A stretch of 64,000 nucleotides of DNA, taken from NCBI GenBank assembly GCA_965218795.1, contig OZ244653.1, positions 3,598,234 through 3,662,233 on the forward strand. Reading direction: 5' to 3'. The position numbers and the translations under genes were made by a program. The stretch is from a bacterium. Its GTDB lineage: Bacteria; UBA8248; JACPRG01; G963555815. Positions 44,257 to 54,289 of the stretch are shown piece by piece (positions within the stretch are counted from its first letter, which is position 1; each line of letters starts with the position of its first letter). Below the pieces are notes generated by a model. The model ran no database searches, was not told where the DNA came from, and worked only from the letters and a program-made list of their open reading frames with translations.

Positions 44257-45828
44257 ATGAATAAGGAGCGATTTCCGCTGGTCGTCGGATCCCTGGGGAT
44301 CCTGCTTTTCTTGATTGGGATCTTCGGGGGCGCCATCGAAGGGCGATTCGGACTGCTCTTTCTCACCCTTGTGCTGGTGGGTCTGGCCCTGTTCCTGGTT
44401 TTCCTGTACCTGGCCGGGACCATCGTGCGCGTCTGGATGAACCGGCGGTCCACGCGGTACGGCACGAATCTGGCCGTCATGGCCCTGGTGGCCTTCGCCG
44501 TCGCCATCTTCATCGAGACCCTCTCCTACAGTCATTACAAACAGTTCGACGTGACCGGGGACCGGCTGAATTCCCTGTCCGCGCAGACCCTCCAGATTTT
44601 GAAAGGGCTGGAGAAGGACGACGAGAAAGTCCAGGTCGTGGCCTTCGTCCGTGACAGCGATCGAAAGGGGTATCAAGACCTGCTGGACCTGTACGCCTAT
44701 GTCACCGACCGCTTCCAATACGAAATGGTCGATCTGGACAAGAACCCACTGCTGGCCAAGAAGTTCGATGTCCGGGCGTACGGCACGCTGGTCTTTGAAT
44801 CGGGCGAGAACCGCCAGAAGGTGGAGCTCGCCACCGAGCAAAACATGGCCAACGCGATCCTCAAGGTGACCCGGACGGCCAAGAAAACCGTCTATTTTCT
44901 GAAAGGCCACGGCGAGGGGGACATCAGCAGCACGGAGAAAGACGGCTTTTCCCAGGCCAAACGGGCCATCGAGCTCGAGAACATGGTAGCGAAGGACCTG
45001 GTCCTTCTTCGGGCCAACGTCGTCCCGAAGGACGCCTCCGTCGTCGTCCTTGCCGGACCCCGAAAGGCCATCACCGAAACCGAGCAGAAGATGCTGGACG
45101 ATTATGTCCGCAAACGCTCGGGAAGCCTTCTCCTGCTCATCGACCCGCAGACGGATTCCAGGCTGGGGACTTTCCTGAAGCCTTACGGAATCGTTCTCTC
45201 CGGTGACATCATCGTGGACCGGCTGAGCCGGCTGTTCGGAGCCAGTGAGCTGACGCCCGTCGTAACCCAGTATGCCAAGCACAAAATCACGGAGGGATTC
45301 AACTCGGCCTCGTTTTTCCCCCTGGCGCGGTCCGTGCAGATTGCCGGGAAAGACGAGCTCCCCAAAAAGGCGAAGGCCGAAATCCTGGCCCTGACGGGGC
45401 CGGGGAGCTGGGCGGAGACCGATCTGGAGAAGCTGGGAAAGGGGGAGGCCGAGCTGGATGAGGAAGAGGAACTGAAGGGGCCGATCCCCGTCGGCGTCGT
45501 TGTCGAGTATGAGACCAAAGAGGCGAATCCTTCAGAGGGCGATCTCGGCCAGCGGGCCCGGCTTGCGGTCTTCGGAAACTCGCGGTTCGCCAGCAACGAG
45601 GTGCTGGGCGCCTCGGGAAACCGGGATCTGTTCATGAACAGTCTGAGCTGGCTCGCCCAGCAGGAAGACCTCATTTCCATCCGTCCCCGGGCGCGGCAGG
45701 GAAGCGGACCCATTTTCCTGTCGGCCGCTCAATCGCGCGCCATCTTGATCATTCCAGTGTTCGTCCTGCCGGGGCTGGTCCTGTTGTCCGGGGCGGCCGT
45801 GTATCTCCGGAGGAGAAAGAAGCATTGA
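44257..45828 (+). CDS. GldG-like ABC-transport auxiliary component
   Basis: 523 aa with N- and C-terminal TM anchors around a large soluble domain. It lies directly after the ABC-2 ATPase and permease genes, which is the standard GldA/F/G order. Confidence 0.75.
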   Translation: MNKERFPLVVGSLGILLFLIGIFGGAIEGRFGLLFLTLVLVGLALFLVFLYLAGTIVRVWMNRRSTRYGTNLAVMALVAFAVAIFIETLSYSHYKQFDVTGDRLNSLSAQTLQILKGLEKDDEKVQVVAFVRDSDRKGYQDLLDLYAYVTDRFQYEMVDLDKNPLLAKKFDVRAYGTLVFESGENRQKVELATEQNMANAILKVTRTAKKTVYFLKGHGEGDISSTEKDGFSQAKRAIELENMVAKDLVLLRANVVPKDASVVVLAGPRKAITETEQKMLDDYVRKRSGSLLLLIDPQTDSRLGTFLKPYGIVLSGDIIVDRLSRLFGASELTPVVTQYAKHKITEGFNSASFFPLARSVQIAGKDELPKKAKAEILALTGPGSWAETDLEKLGKGEAELDEEEELKGPIPVGVVVEYETKEANPSEGDLGQRARLAVFGNSRFASNEVLGASGNRDLFMNSLSWLAQQEDLISIRPRARQGSGPIFLSAAQSRAILIIPVFVLPGLVLLSGAAVYLRRRKKH

Positions 45829-47633
45829 ACGTTCGTCTGACCGCAACCCTGGCCGTCGTCCTGGCCGTTCTGATCACCGCCTACGTCTGGTCACTCCGCG
45901 TGGACGAGGAGCGGAAAGAAGCCGAGAAGCGGGAGGCCAAAGTTGTCCGGATCGATTCCGACAAGGTCGTGGCCATCGACCTGCGCCCGGCGAAGGATCA
46001 AGACAAAGCCTCAGCGCCGCTCTCACTGATCAAGGAAGGCGGCGTCTGGCGTCTCACCGTGCCGCTGAAGCTGCGGGCGGACTCCAGGGCGGTCGATGAT
46101 ATTCTCAGCTCCATCGGGGAGATACGGAGGAGCCGGGTCATACAGGAATCCGCTGAGGATATCTCCGCCTTCGGGCTGAAGCCGGCCAAGCTCACGGTTC
46201 AGTACAAGCTGGATGGCGGGGAGCAGGGCAAGCTGCTGTTCGGCGAAGAGAGCCCCTCGGGCGAGGGCGTGTACGCCGCGGTCGAGGGAAGAAGCACGGT
46301 CTACCTCCTCTCCAAGCGCGCCCGCAGCCCCTTTGAGAAGTCCCTCTATCAAGTCCGAGACAAGACCGTTCTCCGCCGCCCGCGCGGGGAAATCGGGCAA
46401 ATCATCTTCGAGCGGGATGGGAAGCGGTATTCCCTCCGAAAGGCGGGCCCGGACAAGTGGGACATGGTCGAACCCGTCGCGGCGCCGGGGAATATCGAGA
46501 CGGCCAACTACGCGCTGGGCCTGACCGTTCAAGGCAAAGTCCAGAAGTTCGTCAAGGAAAACCCGACCGCTGAGGATTTGAAGAAGTTCGGCCTGGATCC
46601 CCCCAAGATTCGGATGACCCTCGCGGACAAGGACGGGAAGAACCCGGACGTCTTCATTATCGGCGGTCAGGAGGAGGGTACGAAGAACTATTACGCCCGC
46701 AAGGAAGGAAGCGGCCCCTTGTTCACGCTGGAGCGGTTCAGCGTGGAGGACCTGCCCAAGAAGCCGTTGGAGGCCCGCAAGCGTTGGATCTTCGATTTCG
46801 AGAAGGAGTCCGTCGTCAAGGTGGAGCTCGAAAGCCCTGCCGGGAAGGTCACCATTCGGCAACTGGGCAAGAAGGATGAGTGGGAAGTCGAGGGCGCCGA
46901 CGGCAAGCTGCCGGGCAATGACCGCCGAATCAGCGATATGCTCTGGGACATCAAGTACGCAAAGATCGCACACTTCTACGATGAAGGCTCCGACAAGCCG
47001 GACACATCGCTGGTCGATCGGGTCACTCGAAAGGTCGCCCTGTACGTCGAGGGCCGGGAAGACAAACCGCTCCGTTTCACCGTCGGGCAGCAGGGCCCTT
47101 CCGACCCTGCCCAGAAAGATGAAGAGGACCGGGAGCGGTGGTATGCCCGCAGGAATGCAGACGGCAAAATGTTTCTTCTGACCCGGGACAGTGTCAACCG
47201 GATCAGCAAAGGGGTATGGGATTTTCAGGAGCGAAAGGCCCTGAGCTTCGGCTACCAGGACGTTGCGAAGCTGGATTTCATCTATCCGAAGGAAAAGGTG
47301 GAAATCGAAAAGGATGGCCGCCGGTGGAAGATGGTCAAACCGCTGGATGAGATCGCCGTCGGTGACAAACTGGACTTTATTCTCAACGAGATTCATTTCA
47401 TGGAATTCGAAAAGATCGTCAAAGACGAAAAACCCGATTTTGCCTCCGTGGATCTTGGGTTGCGCGTCACGTTGAAGGATGGGAAGAAACTCCCGCTGCT
47501 CCGGCTCGTTCGAGACAGGGAAAAGAAGATCGCCTACGTCAGCCGCGGGAAAGAATCCAGGGTGTACGAGATCGAGGACCGGTTCCTCGACAATGTTCCC
47601 AAGAGCTACAAGGGATTCCTCGCCAAGGAGTGA
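45825..47633 (+). CDS. DUF4340-like protein (N-terminal anchor, repeated beta-rich modules)
   Basis: 602 aa with a TTGA start/stop overlap with the gldG-like gene. The position and architecture match the DUF4340 partner that usually follows GldG-like genes. This is a call from context. Confidence 0.6.
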   Translation: MNVRLTATLAVVLAVLITAYVWSLRVDEERKEAEKREAKVVRIDSDKVVAIDLRPAKDQDKASAPLSLIKEGGVWRLTVPLKLRADSRAVDDILSSIGEIRRSRVIQESAEDISAFGLKPAKLTVQYKLDGGEQGKLLFGEESPSGEGVYAAVEGRSTVYLLSKRARSPFEKSLYQVRDKTVLRRPRGEIGQIIFERDGKRYSLRKAGPDKWDMVEPVAAPGNIETANYALGLTVQGKVQKFVKENPTAEDLKKFGLDPPKIRMTLADKDGKNPDVFIIGGQEEGTKNYYARKEGSGPLFTLERFSVEDLPKKPLEARKRWIFDFEKESVVKVELESPAGKVTIRQLGKKDEWEVEGADGKLPGNDRRISDMLWDIKYAKIAHFYDEGSDKPDTSLVDRVTRKVALYVEGREDKPLRFTVGQQGPSDPAQKDEEDRERWYARRNADGKMFLLTRDSVNRISKGVWDFQERKALSFGYQDVAKLDFIYPKEKVEIEKDGRRWKMVKPLDEIAVGDKLDFILNEIHFMEFEKIVKDEKPDFASVDLGLRVTLKDGKKLPLLRLVRDREKKIAYVSRGKESRVYEIEDRFLDNVPKSYKGFLAKE

Positions 47634-47765
47634 CCGCCTGGCTTGCGGTTTTCAAGGAGCTTTCAGGAAAGGAACCCTTGAGCTTTCCCGCGGGAATTCC
47701 CCCGAATGAAAACGGCGGAACTTCCGAAAAGAATAGAAAGGAACTGGGATTCTTTTGAGTGGGGC

Positions 47766-47794
47766 TTGTCGGACCAGACGGGAAGTTATATATT
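47766..47794 (+). promoter_or_regulatory. Candidate sigma70 promoter upstream of ORF 47895
   Basis: TTGTCG (47766-47771), 17-nt spacer, TATATT (47789-47794). Confidence 0.35.
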
Positions 47795-47894
47795 TTCCTG
47801 AGTCGGGTTCGGAGGCATGATGGAGAAGCCAGCCGGTTTCTTCAAGAATGCAGGGTCGACAACCTAGTGTCTGAGAGGGAAAGGAAGCCAAACC

Positions 47895-48380
47895 ATGTGG
47901 GATGGGCTGAAACCTGGACCTCAATATGAGCAATTGAGCCAAGCCATCATCCAGGCCATTCTCTCCTCGTCGGAGGTTCAGGCCCTGGTGGCGGATCTTC
48001 ACGAGAAGGGCGGTCTCGAAGCGGAAGACATCGTCGCCTTGGCCCTGCGCTTCCCGCCGCAGGGGGGGCTGGAGGCCAAGGTTGAACTCATGCGACGGAG
48101 CGAAGGCGAAGAATCCGGGGAGCCGGTGGAAGAGGAAGCGGGCGCGATGGATCTGGAAGAAGAATTCTCCGGGCAGGACACCGATTCCGGGTTCAAGCCC
48201 AGGGGCTCCATGAATTCCCGATCGCCGAACGAAATCGCTTTTGAGAATTTCCTCCGAGATCGGTTCGACAGCGAGGCCTGGATGAAGAAGGTAGGCATCC
48301 GGTTTTTAAAGGGGAAAGATTCAGGGATTTTTCTCAACGAAGGAGAATCCCCGATGGAGGAATCGGAGCAACCCGGCTGA
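47895..48380 (+). CDS. Hypothetical acidic protein
   Basis: A 161-aa ORF with GGAAAGGAAG upstream of the ATG. I recognised no motif. A strong palindromic terminator follows it. Confidence 0.4.
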   Translation: MWDGLKPGPQYEQLSQAIIQAILSSSEVQALVADLHEKGGLEAEDIVALALRFPPQGGLEAKVELMRRSEGEESGEPVEEEAGAMDLEEEFSGQDTDSGFKPRGSMNSRSPNEIAFENFLRDRFDSEAWMKKVGIRFLKGKDSGIFLNEGESPMEESEQPG

Positions 48381-48426
48381 AGGCAATCTGCGCCAAACCG
48401 AGCGTTGACGATATTAAGAGACGATA

Positions 48427-48460
48427 TAAGAAAGGGACCCGGATCCGGGTCCCTTTCTTA
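48427..48460. terminator. Perfect 34-bp palindrome (17 paired positions per arm, centred on GGATCC); likely bidirectional terminator between convergent genes
   Basis: TAAGAAAGGGACCCGGATCCGGGTCCCTTTCTTA. It lies between the + ORF ending at 48380 and the - cupredoxin gene ending at 48515. Confidence 0.7.
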
Positions 48461-48514
48461 TTGCGCGAATCTGTTGCAAGGCGATCGCGAGAGCGCCGCG
48501 CCCGTCCCCGAATG

Positions 48515-48859
48515 CTATTTCTGGACGACGATCCTTCCCTCCATCGAAGGATGGATGGAGCAGTTGTACGTGTACTCCCCGGGATTGGCAAACGTGATTT
48601 TCATATTCCGCCCCTGGCTGAGAGATTCGGTGTCGAACGCTCCCTTTGCCGCCCGGGTTGCGGTGTGCGGGACATCGTCCCGGTTGACAAAAAGCACCGT
48701 ATCTCCGGCCTTGATTGTCAAACTCGCCGGGGAGAAGGCGAAATTCGCAATGATGACCCTGTGCTCAGCCGCTCCGGACGGGGAAGCCAGCCCCATCAGC
48801 AGGCACAGGCAGACCGCCGCCATTCCCATCAATCCCGAGACGAACCTCTTGTTTCGCAT
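48515..48859 (-). CDS. Cupredoxin-fold blue-copper protein (plastocyanin/amicyanin-like)
   Basis: Signal peptide MRNKRFVSGLMGMAAVCLCLLMGLASPSGAA. It has the FSPASLTIKAGDTVLFVNRDDVPHT...YNCSIHPSMEG copper-ligand pattern (H...C..H....M). An alternative longer start is at 48928. Confidence 0.8.
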   Translation of the reverse strand: MRNKRFVSGLMGMAAVCLCLLMGLASPSGAAEHRVIIANFAFSPASLTIKAGDTVLFVNRDDVPHTATRAAKGAFDTESLSQGRNMKITFANPGEYTYNCSIHPSMEGRIVVQK

Positions 48860-49033
48860 CTCCGTTAGCCCCTGATCGGAGGTTTCGTTTTCAGGCGGCT
48901 GTGGGCCGCCCTGTTGAGGCAGCTTCATTCCGCGAACGTTTCAAGGGAAACTTTATTCCTCGCCTCGCGAGGACAAATCCGGCCAGGAAAAAGTTCGCTT
49001 CTCTTGATGAGTCCGGCGATTCCTCCGGCCGCG

Positions 49034-50707
49034 TCAGACCGTGACGGCCCCCTCCGACGCCGAGGAGACAAGCTTGGCGTACTTCGCCATCACCCCGCTG
49101 GTGTAATGGGGCTCGGGCGGAGCCCACGCATTCAGGCGGGATTGGATCTCCTCATCGGAGAGCGCTACCGAAAGCTTGCGGTTGGGCACGTCGAAATGGA
49201 TGGTGTCGTCGTCCCGGACCGCCGCAATCGGGCCGCCGTTGGCTGCTTCGGGGGCAACGTGACCCGCCATCAACCCGTGGGTCGCGCCCGAGAACCGTCC
49301 GTCCGTCAAGAGCGCGACGGATTCGCCCAGTCCCTCCCCGATCAAAGCCGCGGTGACGGCGAGCATCTCGCGCATGCCTGGGCCTCCTTTGGGGCCCTCG
49401 TACCGGATGACCATGACGTCCCCGGGCCGGATCTCCTGGCGGGTGACCGCCGCAAAGGCGTCCTCCTCCCGATCGAACACGCGCGCCGGTCCTTCGTGGG
49501 TCAGCTTTTTCTTTCCGGCGATCTTCATGATGCAGCCATCGGGGGTCAGGTTGCCCTTCAGGACGACGAGACCTCCGTTTTGCGCGAGCGGCGCGTCCAG
49601 GGAAGCCACCACGTCCTGCCCCGGGGTCTCCTCGGCGCCCCGGGCCTCCTCCCCGATGGTTCGGCCGCTGACGGTCATCTCGTTTTCGTTCAGAACGCCC
49701 GCGTCGAGCAGCCTCCTGGCGATCAATGCGGTTCCGCCCGCGGCGAACATGTCCGTGGCGACGTACCTTCCCCACGGTTTCAGGTTGGCCAGCAGCGGCG
49801 TCTTTTGGCTGATGGTGTCAAAATCCTCCATGGCCAGCGCGACGCCCATCTCTTTGGCGATCGCGAGGAGGTGGAGCACCCCGTTCGTGGAGCCGCCGGT
49901 CGCCGCGATCGAGGCGATGGCGTTCTCTAGGGATCCCCGGGTAATGATCCGGCTGGGACGCAAGTCGTCTTTCAGGATCTCCATGATCTGGCGCCCGACC
50001 TGCCGGCAAACCTCGTCCTTCTTGGGGTTCGTGGCGGGCACGCAGGAGCTGCCCATAACGGAGATGCCCAGGCATTCCATGGCCGTCGACATGGTATTGG
50101 CCGTGAACTGGCCCCCGCAGGCCCCCGGGCCGGGACAGGCGCTGCATTCCAGGTCATAGAGCTCCGCGTCCGTCATCGTCCCGGCTGCATGGGCGCCCAC
50201 GCCTTCAAAGACGTCCTGGATGGTGACGTCGCGATCCTGGAATCGGCCGGGGTCGATGGAGCCGCCGTAGAGCATCAGGGCCGGGATGTCCAGCCGGGCC
50301 AGCGCCATGACCGTGCCCGGGATGGTCTTGTCGCACCCGGAAAGCGCGATCACGCCGTCAAACAGGTGGCCCCGCGCGACGAGCTCGATGGAGTCGGCGA
50401 TGACCTCACGGCTGACGAGCGAAGCCTTCATCCCCTCCGTGCCCATCGTAATCCCGTCGGAGATGACGACCGAGTTGTACTCCATGGGGGTGCCCCCGGC
50501 TTCCCGGACGCCCTCCTTCACCTTTTCGGCCAATTCCCTCAGGTGATAGTTGCAGGGCGTCACCTCGGTCCAGGTGTTCGCAATCCCGATCAGGGGTTTT
50601 TTGAGAGCGTCATCGTCAAAGCCGCACGCCCTGAGCATCGCGCGGGCGGGGGCGTGGTCCCAGCCGTCGGTGATGGCGCGGCTCCTGCTTTTCGGGTCAA
50701 CGGTCAT
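49034..50707 (-). CDS. ilvD: Dihydroxy-acid dehydratase
   Basis: [15 protein letters not shown]..., CDKTIPG, SGATHG and TDGRFSG. The ATG at 50707 has GAGGAGG upstream. The longer 50773 start is unlikely. Confidence 0.97.
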   Translation of the reverse strand: MTVDPKSRSRAITDGWDHAPARAMLRACGFDDDALKKPLIGIANTWTEVTPCNYHLRELAEKVKEGVREAGGTPMEYNSVVISDGITMGTEGMKASLVSREVIADSIELVARGHLFDGVIALSGCDKTIPGTVMALARLDIPALMLYGGSIDPGRFQDRDVTIQDVFEGVGAHAAGTMTDAELYDLECSACPGPGACGGQFTANTMSTAMECLGISVMGSSCVPATNPKKDEVCRQVGRQIMEILKDDLRPSRIITRGSLENAIASIAATGGSTNGVLHLLAIAKEMGVALAMEDFDTISQKTPLLANLKPWGRYVATDMFAAGGTALIARRLLDAGVLNENEMTVSGRTIGEEARGAEETPGQDVVASLDAPLAQNGGLVVLKGNLTPDGCIMKIAGKKKLTHEGPARVFDREEDAFAAVTRQEIRPGDVMVIRYEGPKGGPGMREMLAVTAALIGEGLGESVALLTDGRFSGATHGLMAGHVAPEAANGGPIAAVRDDDTIHFDVPNRKLSVALSDEEIQSRLNAWAPPEPHYTSGVMAKYAKLVSSASEGAVTV

Positions 50708-50723
50708 GGCTGCCTCCTCGCGG

Positions 50724-50748
50724 GCTTGTCCATTCGAAGCGGACAAGC
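50724..50748 (-). promoter_or_regulatory. 8-bp stem hairpin in the ilvD 5' leader
   Basis: GCTTGTCC-attcgaagc-GGACAAGC. It lies about 17 nt upstream of the ilvD ATG, just upstream of the RBS. Confidence 0.3.
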
Positions 50749-51127
50749 ATTTCGTCCACACCGGAGCGTCCATCGACGCCGGGTCTGTGGATTGTCCGCC
50801 GAAAATGCGCAGAGTTCAGACGAAATACCCCGCCCCGTCCGACTGAATTCGGGGGCGCCATGCGGCCCGCGCGTGGGCGGTCCACTCTCGGGGTCATTCA
50901 ATTGTAGCGGGAATCCCGGATAAAGAGAATAGCGGGGGCCGTACGGAATATGAAGGCGGGGCCGTGACATCCTCAACGGATCTGGAATGGACCGATTTTT
51001 TTTCATCCAGCGATCGGGATCAGAGAGGGCCTTGTCGGATGAATCGGCGTGCCCTATCTTGGTGAAGATAAGAGGGGTTGAAGAACTCGAATTTCAACTT
51101 GACTCGCTTCCAATGGATTTGTGAAAA

Positions 51128-53779
51128 ATGACGGGCGACGAGATTCGCGAAAAGTTCCTCGATTATTTCGGACGCAGCGGCCACCAGAAGGTGAAGAGCG
51201 ATTCCCTTGTGCCTGCCGGGGATCCAACGCTGATGTTTGCCAACGCCGGCATGGTGCAGTTCAAGAATGTATTCACCGGAGAGGATAAGCGGGACTATTC
51301 CCGGGCCGCCTCTTCGCAGAAGTGCATGCGGGTGAGCGGGAAACACAACGACCTCGAGCAGGTGGGCTACACCGCACGCCATCACACCTTCTTCGAAATG
51401 CTGGGGAACTTCTCTTTCGGGGACTACTTCAAGGAGGAGGCCATCCGCTTCGGCTGGGAATTCCTCGTGGATGAGATGGGCCTGCCGGGCGATCGCATGT
51501 GGGCGTCCGTCTATCACGAGGATGAAGAGGCCCATCGCATCTGGAACGAGGCGGTCGGCGTCCCGGAATCGCGCATCCTCAGGCTCGGCGAGAAAGACAA
51601 TTTCTGGTCCATGGGCGACACCGGCCCGTGCGGTCCCTGTTCGGAGATGATTCTCCAGCTTCACCCGCGCGAGGACGCGGATTCGCCGCTGACCGAGGAA
51701 GAGCTGGACGGCGACGGCTTTCTCGAGATCTGGAATCTCGTCTTTATGCAGTTCGACCAGTCCGCCGCCGGCAGGCGGACCCCGCTGCCCAAGCCCAGCA
51801 TCGACACGGGCATGGGGCTGGAGCGCCTCGCATCCGTCGTCCAGAACGTCGCGGGCAACTTCCACACGGACCTGTTGTTCCCCATCATCCGGGCGACGGA
51901 AGAGTGGACCGAAACGCGCTACGACCTGGAGGGGGATTTTTACTCCCGCGCCAATATGAACTTTCGGGTCATCGCCGACCATGCCCGCGCCACGTGTTTT
52001 CTGATCGGGGACGGGATCATGCCCTCCAACGAAGGGAGGGGCTACGTTCTCCGGCGCATCCTTCGGCGCGCTGCGAGGCACGGGCGGATGCTGGGTATCG
52101 AAGATCCCTTCCTGTATCGAGCGGTCGGCACGGTGGCCGACGTCATGAAGACCGCCTATCCGGAGCTGACGGACGACTTGAGCTACATTTCCCGCGTGAC
52201 CCTGGCGGAGGAGGATCGTTTCGCCCATACCCTGAGCCAGGGCCTCCCCATCCTGACCGACCTGATTGCGGCGGCCAAGGACAACAGCGGGGTGATTGAC
52301 GGACAGGCGGTGTTCCAGCTCTATGACACGCACGGATTTCCGGTGGACCTGGCCGCGGACGCCGCTCAGGAAGAGGGGCTTCAGATCGACCGGGCCGCAT
52401 TCGACGCCGCCATGGAGGGCCAGCGGGAGCGCGCCCGGGCCTCCTGGAAGGGGTTTGCGGAGTCGGCGGCGGCGCCCGCCCATCAATCCCTGGCCGAGGA
52501 TTTCCCCGCGTCCGGGTTCGTCGGCTATGAGCAATGGAAGACCGACGCAAAGGTTCTGGCCGTCCTGAAGGATGGAGGGCGGGCCGATGAGGCGTCGGAA
52601 GGGGAGCGGGCCGAAGTCCTTCTGGACCGGACCCCGTTTTACGCTGAGTCGGGCGGACAGATCGGGGACCGCGGGGTTCTGGAAGCCGAGGGCCTGCGGT
52701 TTGAGGTGGAAGACTGTCAGGCCCCTGTGCCCGGCTACCGGATGCATGTCGGCATATTGCGGCGGGGAACCCTCCGTGTCGGGGTCGAGGTCGAGGCCAC
52801 CGTTGATGCCGGAAGCAGAAGCTCCACCCAGCTCAATCACACGGCGACTCACCTGCTCCAGGCCGCCCTTCGGGACGTTCTCGGCGACCATGTGAAACAG
52901 GCCGGTTCCCTGGTGGCGCCGGACCGGCTCCGGTTCGATTACACGCACTTCTCCGCCATGAGCCCGAGGGAGCGGGAGCGCGTCGAGGAGATCGTCAACG
53001 ATCACATTCGGGCCAACGCGCCCGTCCGCTGGTCGGAGATCCCCATCGACGAGGCCCTCGCCCAGGGGGCCACGGCGCTGTTTGGAGAAAAGTACGGCGA
53101 CGTCGTCCGCATGGTGTCCGTCGATTCGATCAGCAAGGAGCTTTGCGGGGGCACCCACACGGCGGCCTCCGGCGATATCGGACTGTTCAAGATCGTTCAT
53201 GAGGGGAGCGTGTCATCGGGCGTCCGGCGGATTGAGGCCGTCACCGGGGGCGAAGCGCTCGGTCATGTGCGGAAAGAGGAAGAGGAGCTGGCGCGCGTCG
53301 GCGAGCTGCTGAAGACGTCTCCCCGCCAGGCGTCGGAGCGGGTGGAGAAGCTTCTGGAGGAGCAAAGACGGCTGGAGAAGGAGCTCCAGGCGCTCAAGCA
53401 GCGGCTGGCCCGCGGCGAAACCCATGATTTGGTCAAGGGCGCACGGGAGGTCGGCGGCGCGCGGGTGGTCGCCGCGCAGGTCGATGAGTCGAACCCCAAG
53501 GGTCTTCGGGAATTGGTCGACGCGCTCAAAGGGAGGCTCAAGTCGGGCATCGTTGTGCTGGCGGCCGATGTCGGAGGCAAGGCGGCCCTGGCCGCGGGCG
53601 TGACCCAAGACCTGACGGACCGGTTCCACGCGGGAGATATCCTGAAGGAGGCCGCAAAGGCCGTCGGCGGCAAAGGCGGGGGCCGTCCCGACATGGCCCA
53701 GGCGGGCGGCAAGGACGCCGGGAGGATCGGGGAGGCTTTGGAGAAGGCCGTTCAGTTCATCGAAAACACGGCGGGATGA
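51128..53779 (+). CDS. alaS: Alanine--tRNA ligase
   Basis: MTGDEIREKFLDYFGRSGHQKV, FANAGMVQFK, the HTATHLL...H editing/Zn motif and the C-terminal GGGRPDMAQAGG. Confidence 0.98.
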   Translation: MTGDEIREKFLDYFGRSGHQKVKSDSLVPAGDPTLMFANAGMVQFKNVFTGEDKRDYSRAASSQKCMRVSGKHNDLEQVGYTARHHTFFEMLGNFSFGDYFKEEAIRFGWEFLVDEMGLPGDRMWASVYHEDEEAHRIWNEAVGVPESRILRLGEKDNFWSMGDTGPCGPCSEMILQLHPREDADSPLTEEELDGDGFLEIWNLVFMQFDQSAAGRRTPLPKPSIDTGMGLERLASVVQNVAGNFHTDLLFPIIRATEEWTETRYDLEGDFYSRANMNFRVIADHARATCFLIGDGIMPSNEGRGYVLRRILRRAARHGRMLGIEDPFLYRAVGTVADVMKTAYPELTDDLSYISRVTLAEEDRFAHTLSQGLPILTDLIAAAKDNSGVIDGQAVFQLYDTHGFPVDLAADAAQEEGLQIDRAAFDAAMEGQRERARASWKGFAESAAAPAHQSLAEDFPASGFVGYEQWKTDAKVLAVLKDGGRADEASEGERAEVLLDRTPFYAESGGQIGDRGVLEAEGLRFEVEDCQAPVPGYRMHVGILRRGTLRVGVEVEATVDAGSRSSTQLNHTATHLLQAALRDVLGDHVKQAGSLVAPDRLRFDYTHFSAMSPRERERVEEIVNDHIRANAPVRWSEIPIDEALAQGATALFGEKYGDVVRMVSVDSISKELCGGTHTAASGDIGLFKIVHEGSVSSGVRRIEAVTGGEALGHVRKEEEELARVGELLKTSPRQASERVEKLLEEQRRLEKELQALKQRLARGETHDLVKGAREVGGARVVAAQVDESNPKGLRELVDALKGRLKSGIVVLAADVGGKAALAAGVTQDLTDRFHAGDILKEAAKAVGGKGGGRPDMAQAGGKDAGRIGEALEKAVQFIENTAG

Positions 53780-53793
53780 CTTTTTTGCGGGGC

Positions 53794-53871
53794 AGGCACG
53801 GCCTGCTCCGGTTTCGCCGGGCACAAGACTTCCGTTCAGTTCGATACCCTCCTCCAGCCCGGCTGCGGTAC
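53794..53871. repeat. Repeat family B copy 2
   Basis: AGGCACGGCCTGCTCCGGTTTCGCCGGGCACAAGACTTCCGTTCAGTTCGATACCCTCCTCCAGCCCGGCTGCGGTAC. It begins 15 nt after the alaS stop. A family-C-type motif CTCGGACAGGCTCCGCCCC follows at about 53927-53951. Confidence 0.85.
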
Positions 53872-53873
53872 TT

Positions 53874-54263
53874 TTGAGAAGCCCGGAAATCGCGGAGGAC
53901 CGTCGCAGACGAAAGGGAGAGCCCCCGCTTCGCTCGGACAGGCTCCGCCCCTCCCTGAAAATCCTGGAGGCGCGTTCTCTTTTGGATATCGATAAGCCTT
54001 TGGCCGTCGAAATCGAGATCGAGAAAGAGAAAGCCGAGGCCCTTGGGCGGACGGGACGAAAGCTCGAATCCTGCGTCCAGAAGGTCCGGGAGATCGAAGC
54101 GGGCTGGCGGGGTTCGCTCGACTCTCTCAAGCGGCAGAAGGCCTACCGCCTGGCGGTGGAGCGGGCTCATCGTTACAAGTATTACCTGATCGTTCAACGG
54201 GAGGCCGTGGGCCTGACGGCCCATCAAGACGTCGAGCGCCTGTACGCCCTTCCAGAGCTGTAA
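53874..54263 (+). CDS. Hypothetical protein; the true start is probably internal (for example the TTG at 53982)
   Basis: The C-terminal part (KAYRLAVERAHRYKYYLIVQREAVGLTAHQDVERLY) looks protein-like. The first 30 codons or so are translated from repeat sequence. Confidence 0.4.
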   Translation: MRSPEIAEDRRRRKGEPPLRSDRLRPSLKILEARSLLDIDKPLAVEIEIEKEKAEALGRTGRKLESCVQKVREIEAGWRGSLDSLKRQKAYRLAVERAHRYKYYLIVQREAVGLTAHQDVERLYALPEL

Positions 54264-54289
54264 CCCATCGCATTCACGAAGAAGCCGCC

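Noticed and set aside
50780-51127. A T-box or other leader RNA upstream of alaS.
   Set aside because: I found no T-box sequence (AATTAGGGTGGTACCGCG-like) and no specifier/antiterminator arrangement. T-boxes are also mostly a Firmicutes feature.
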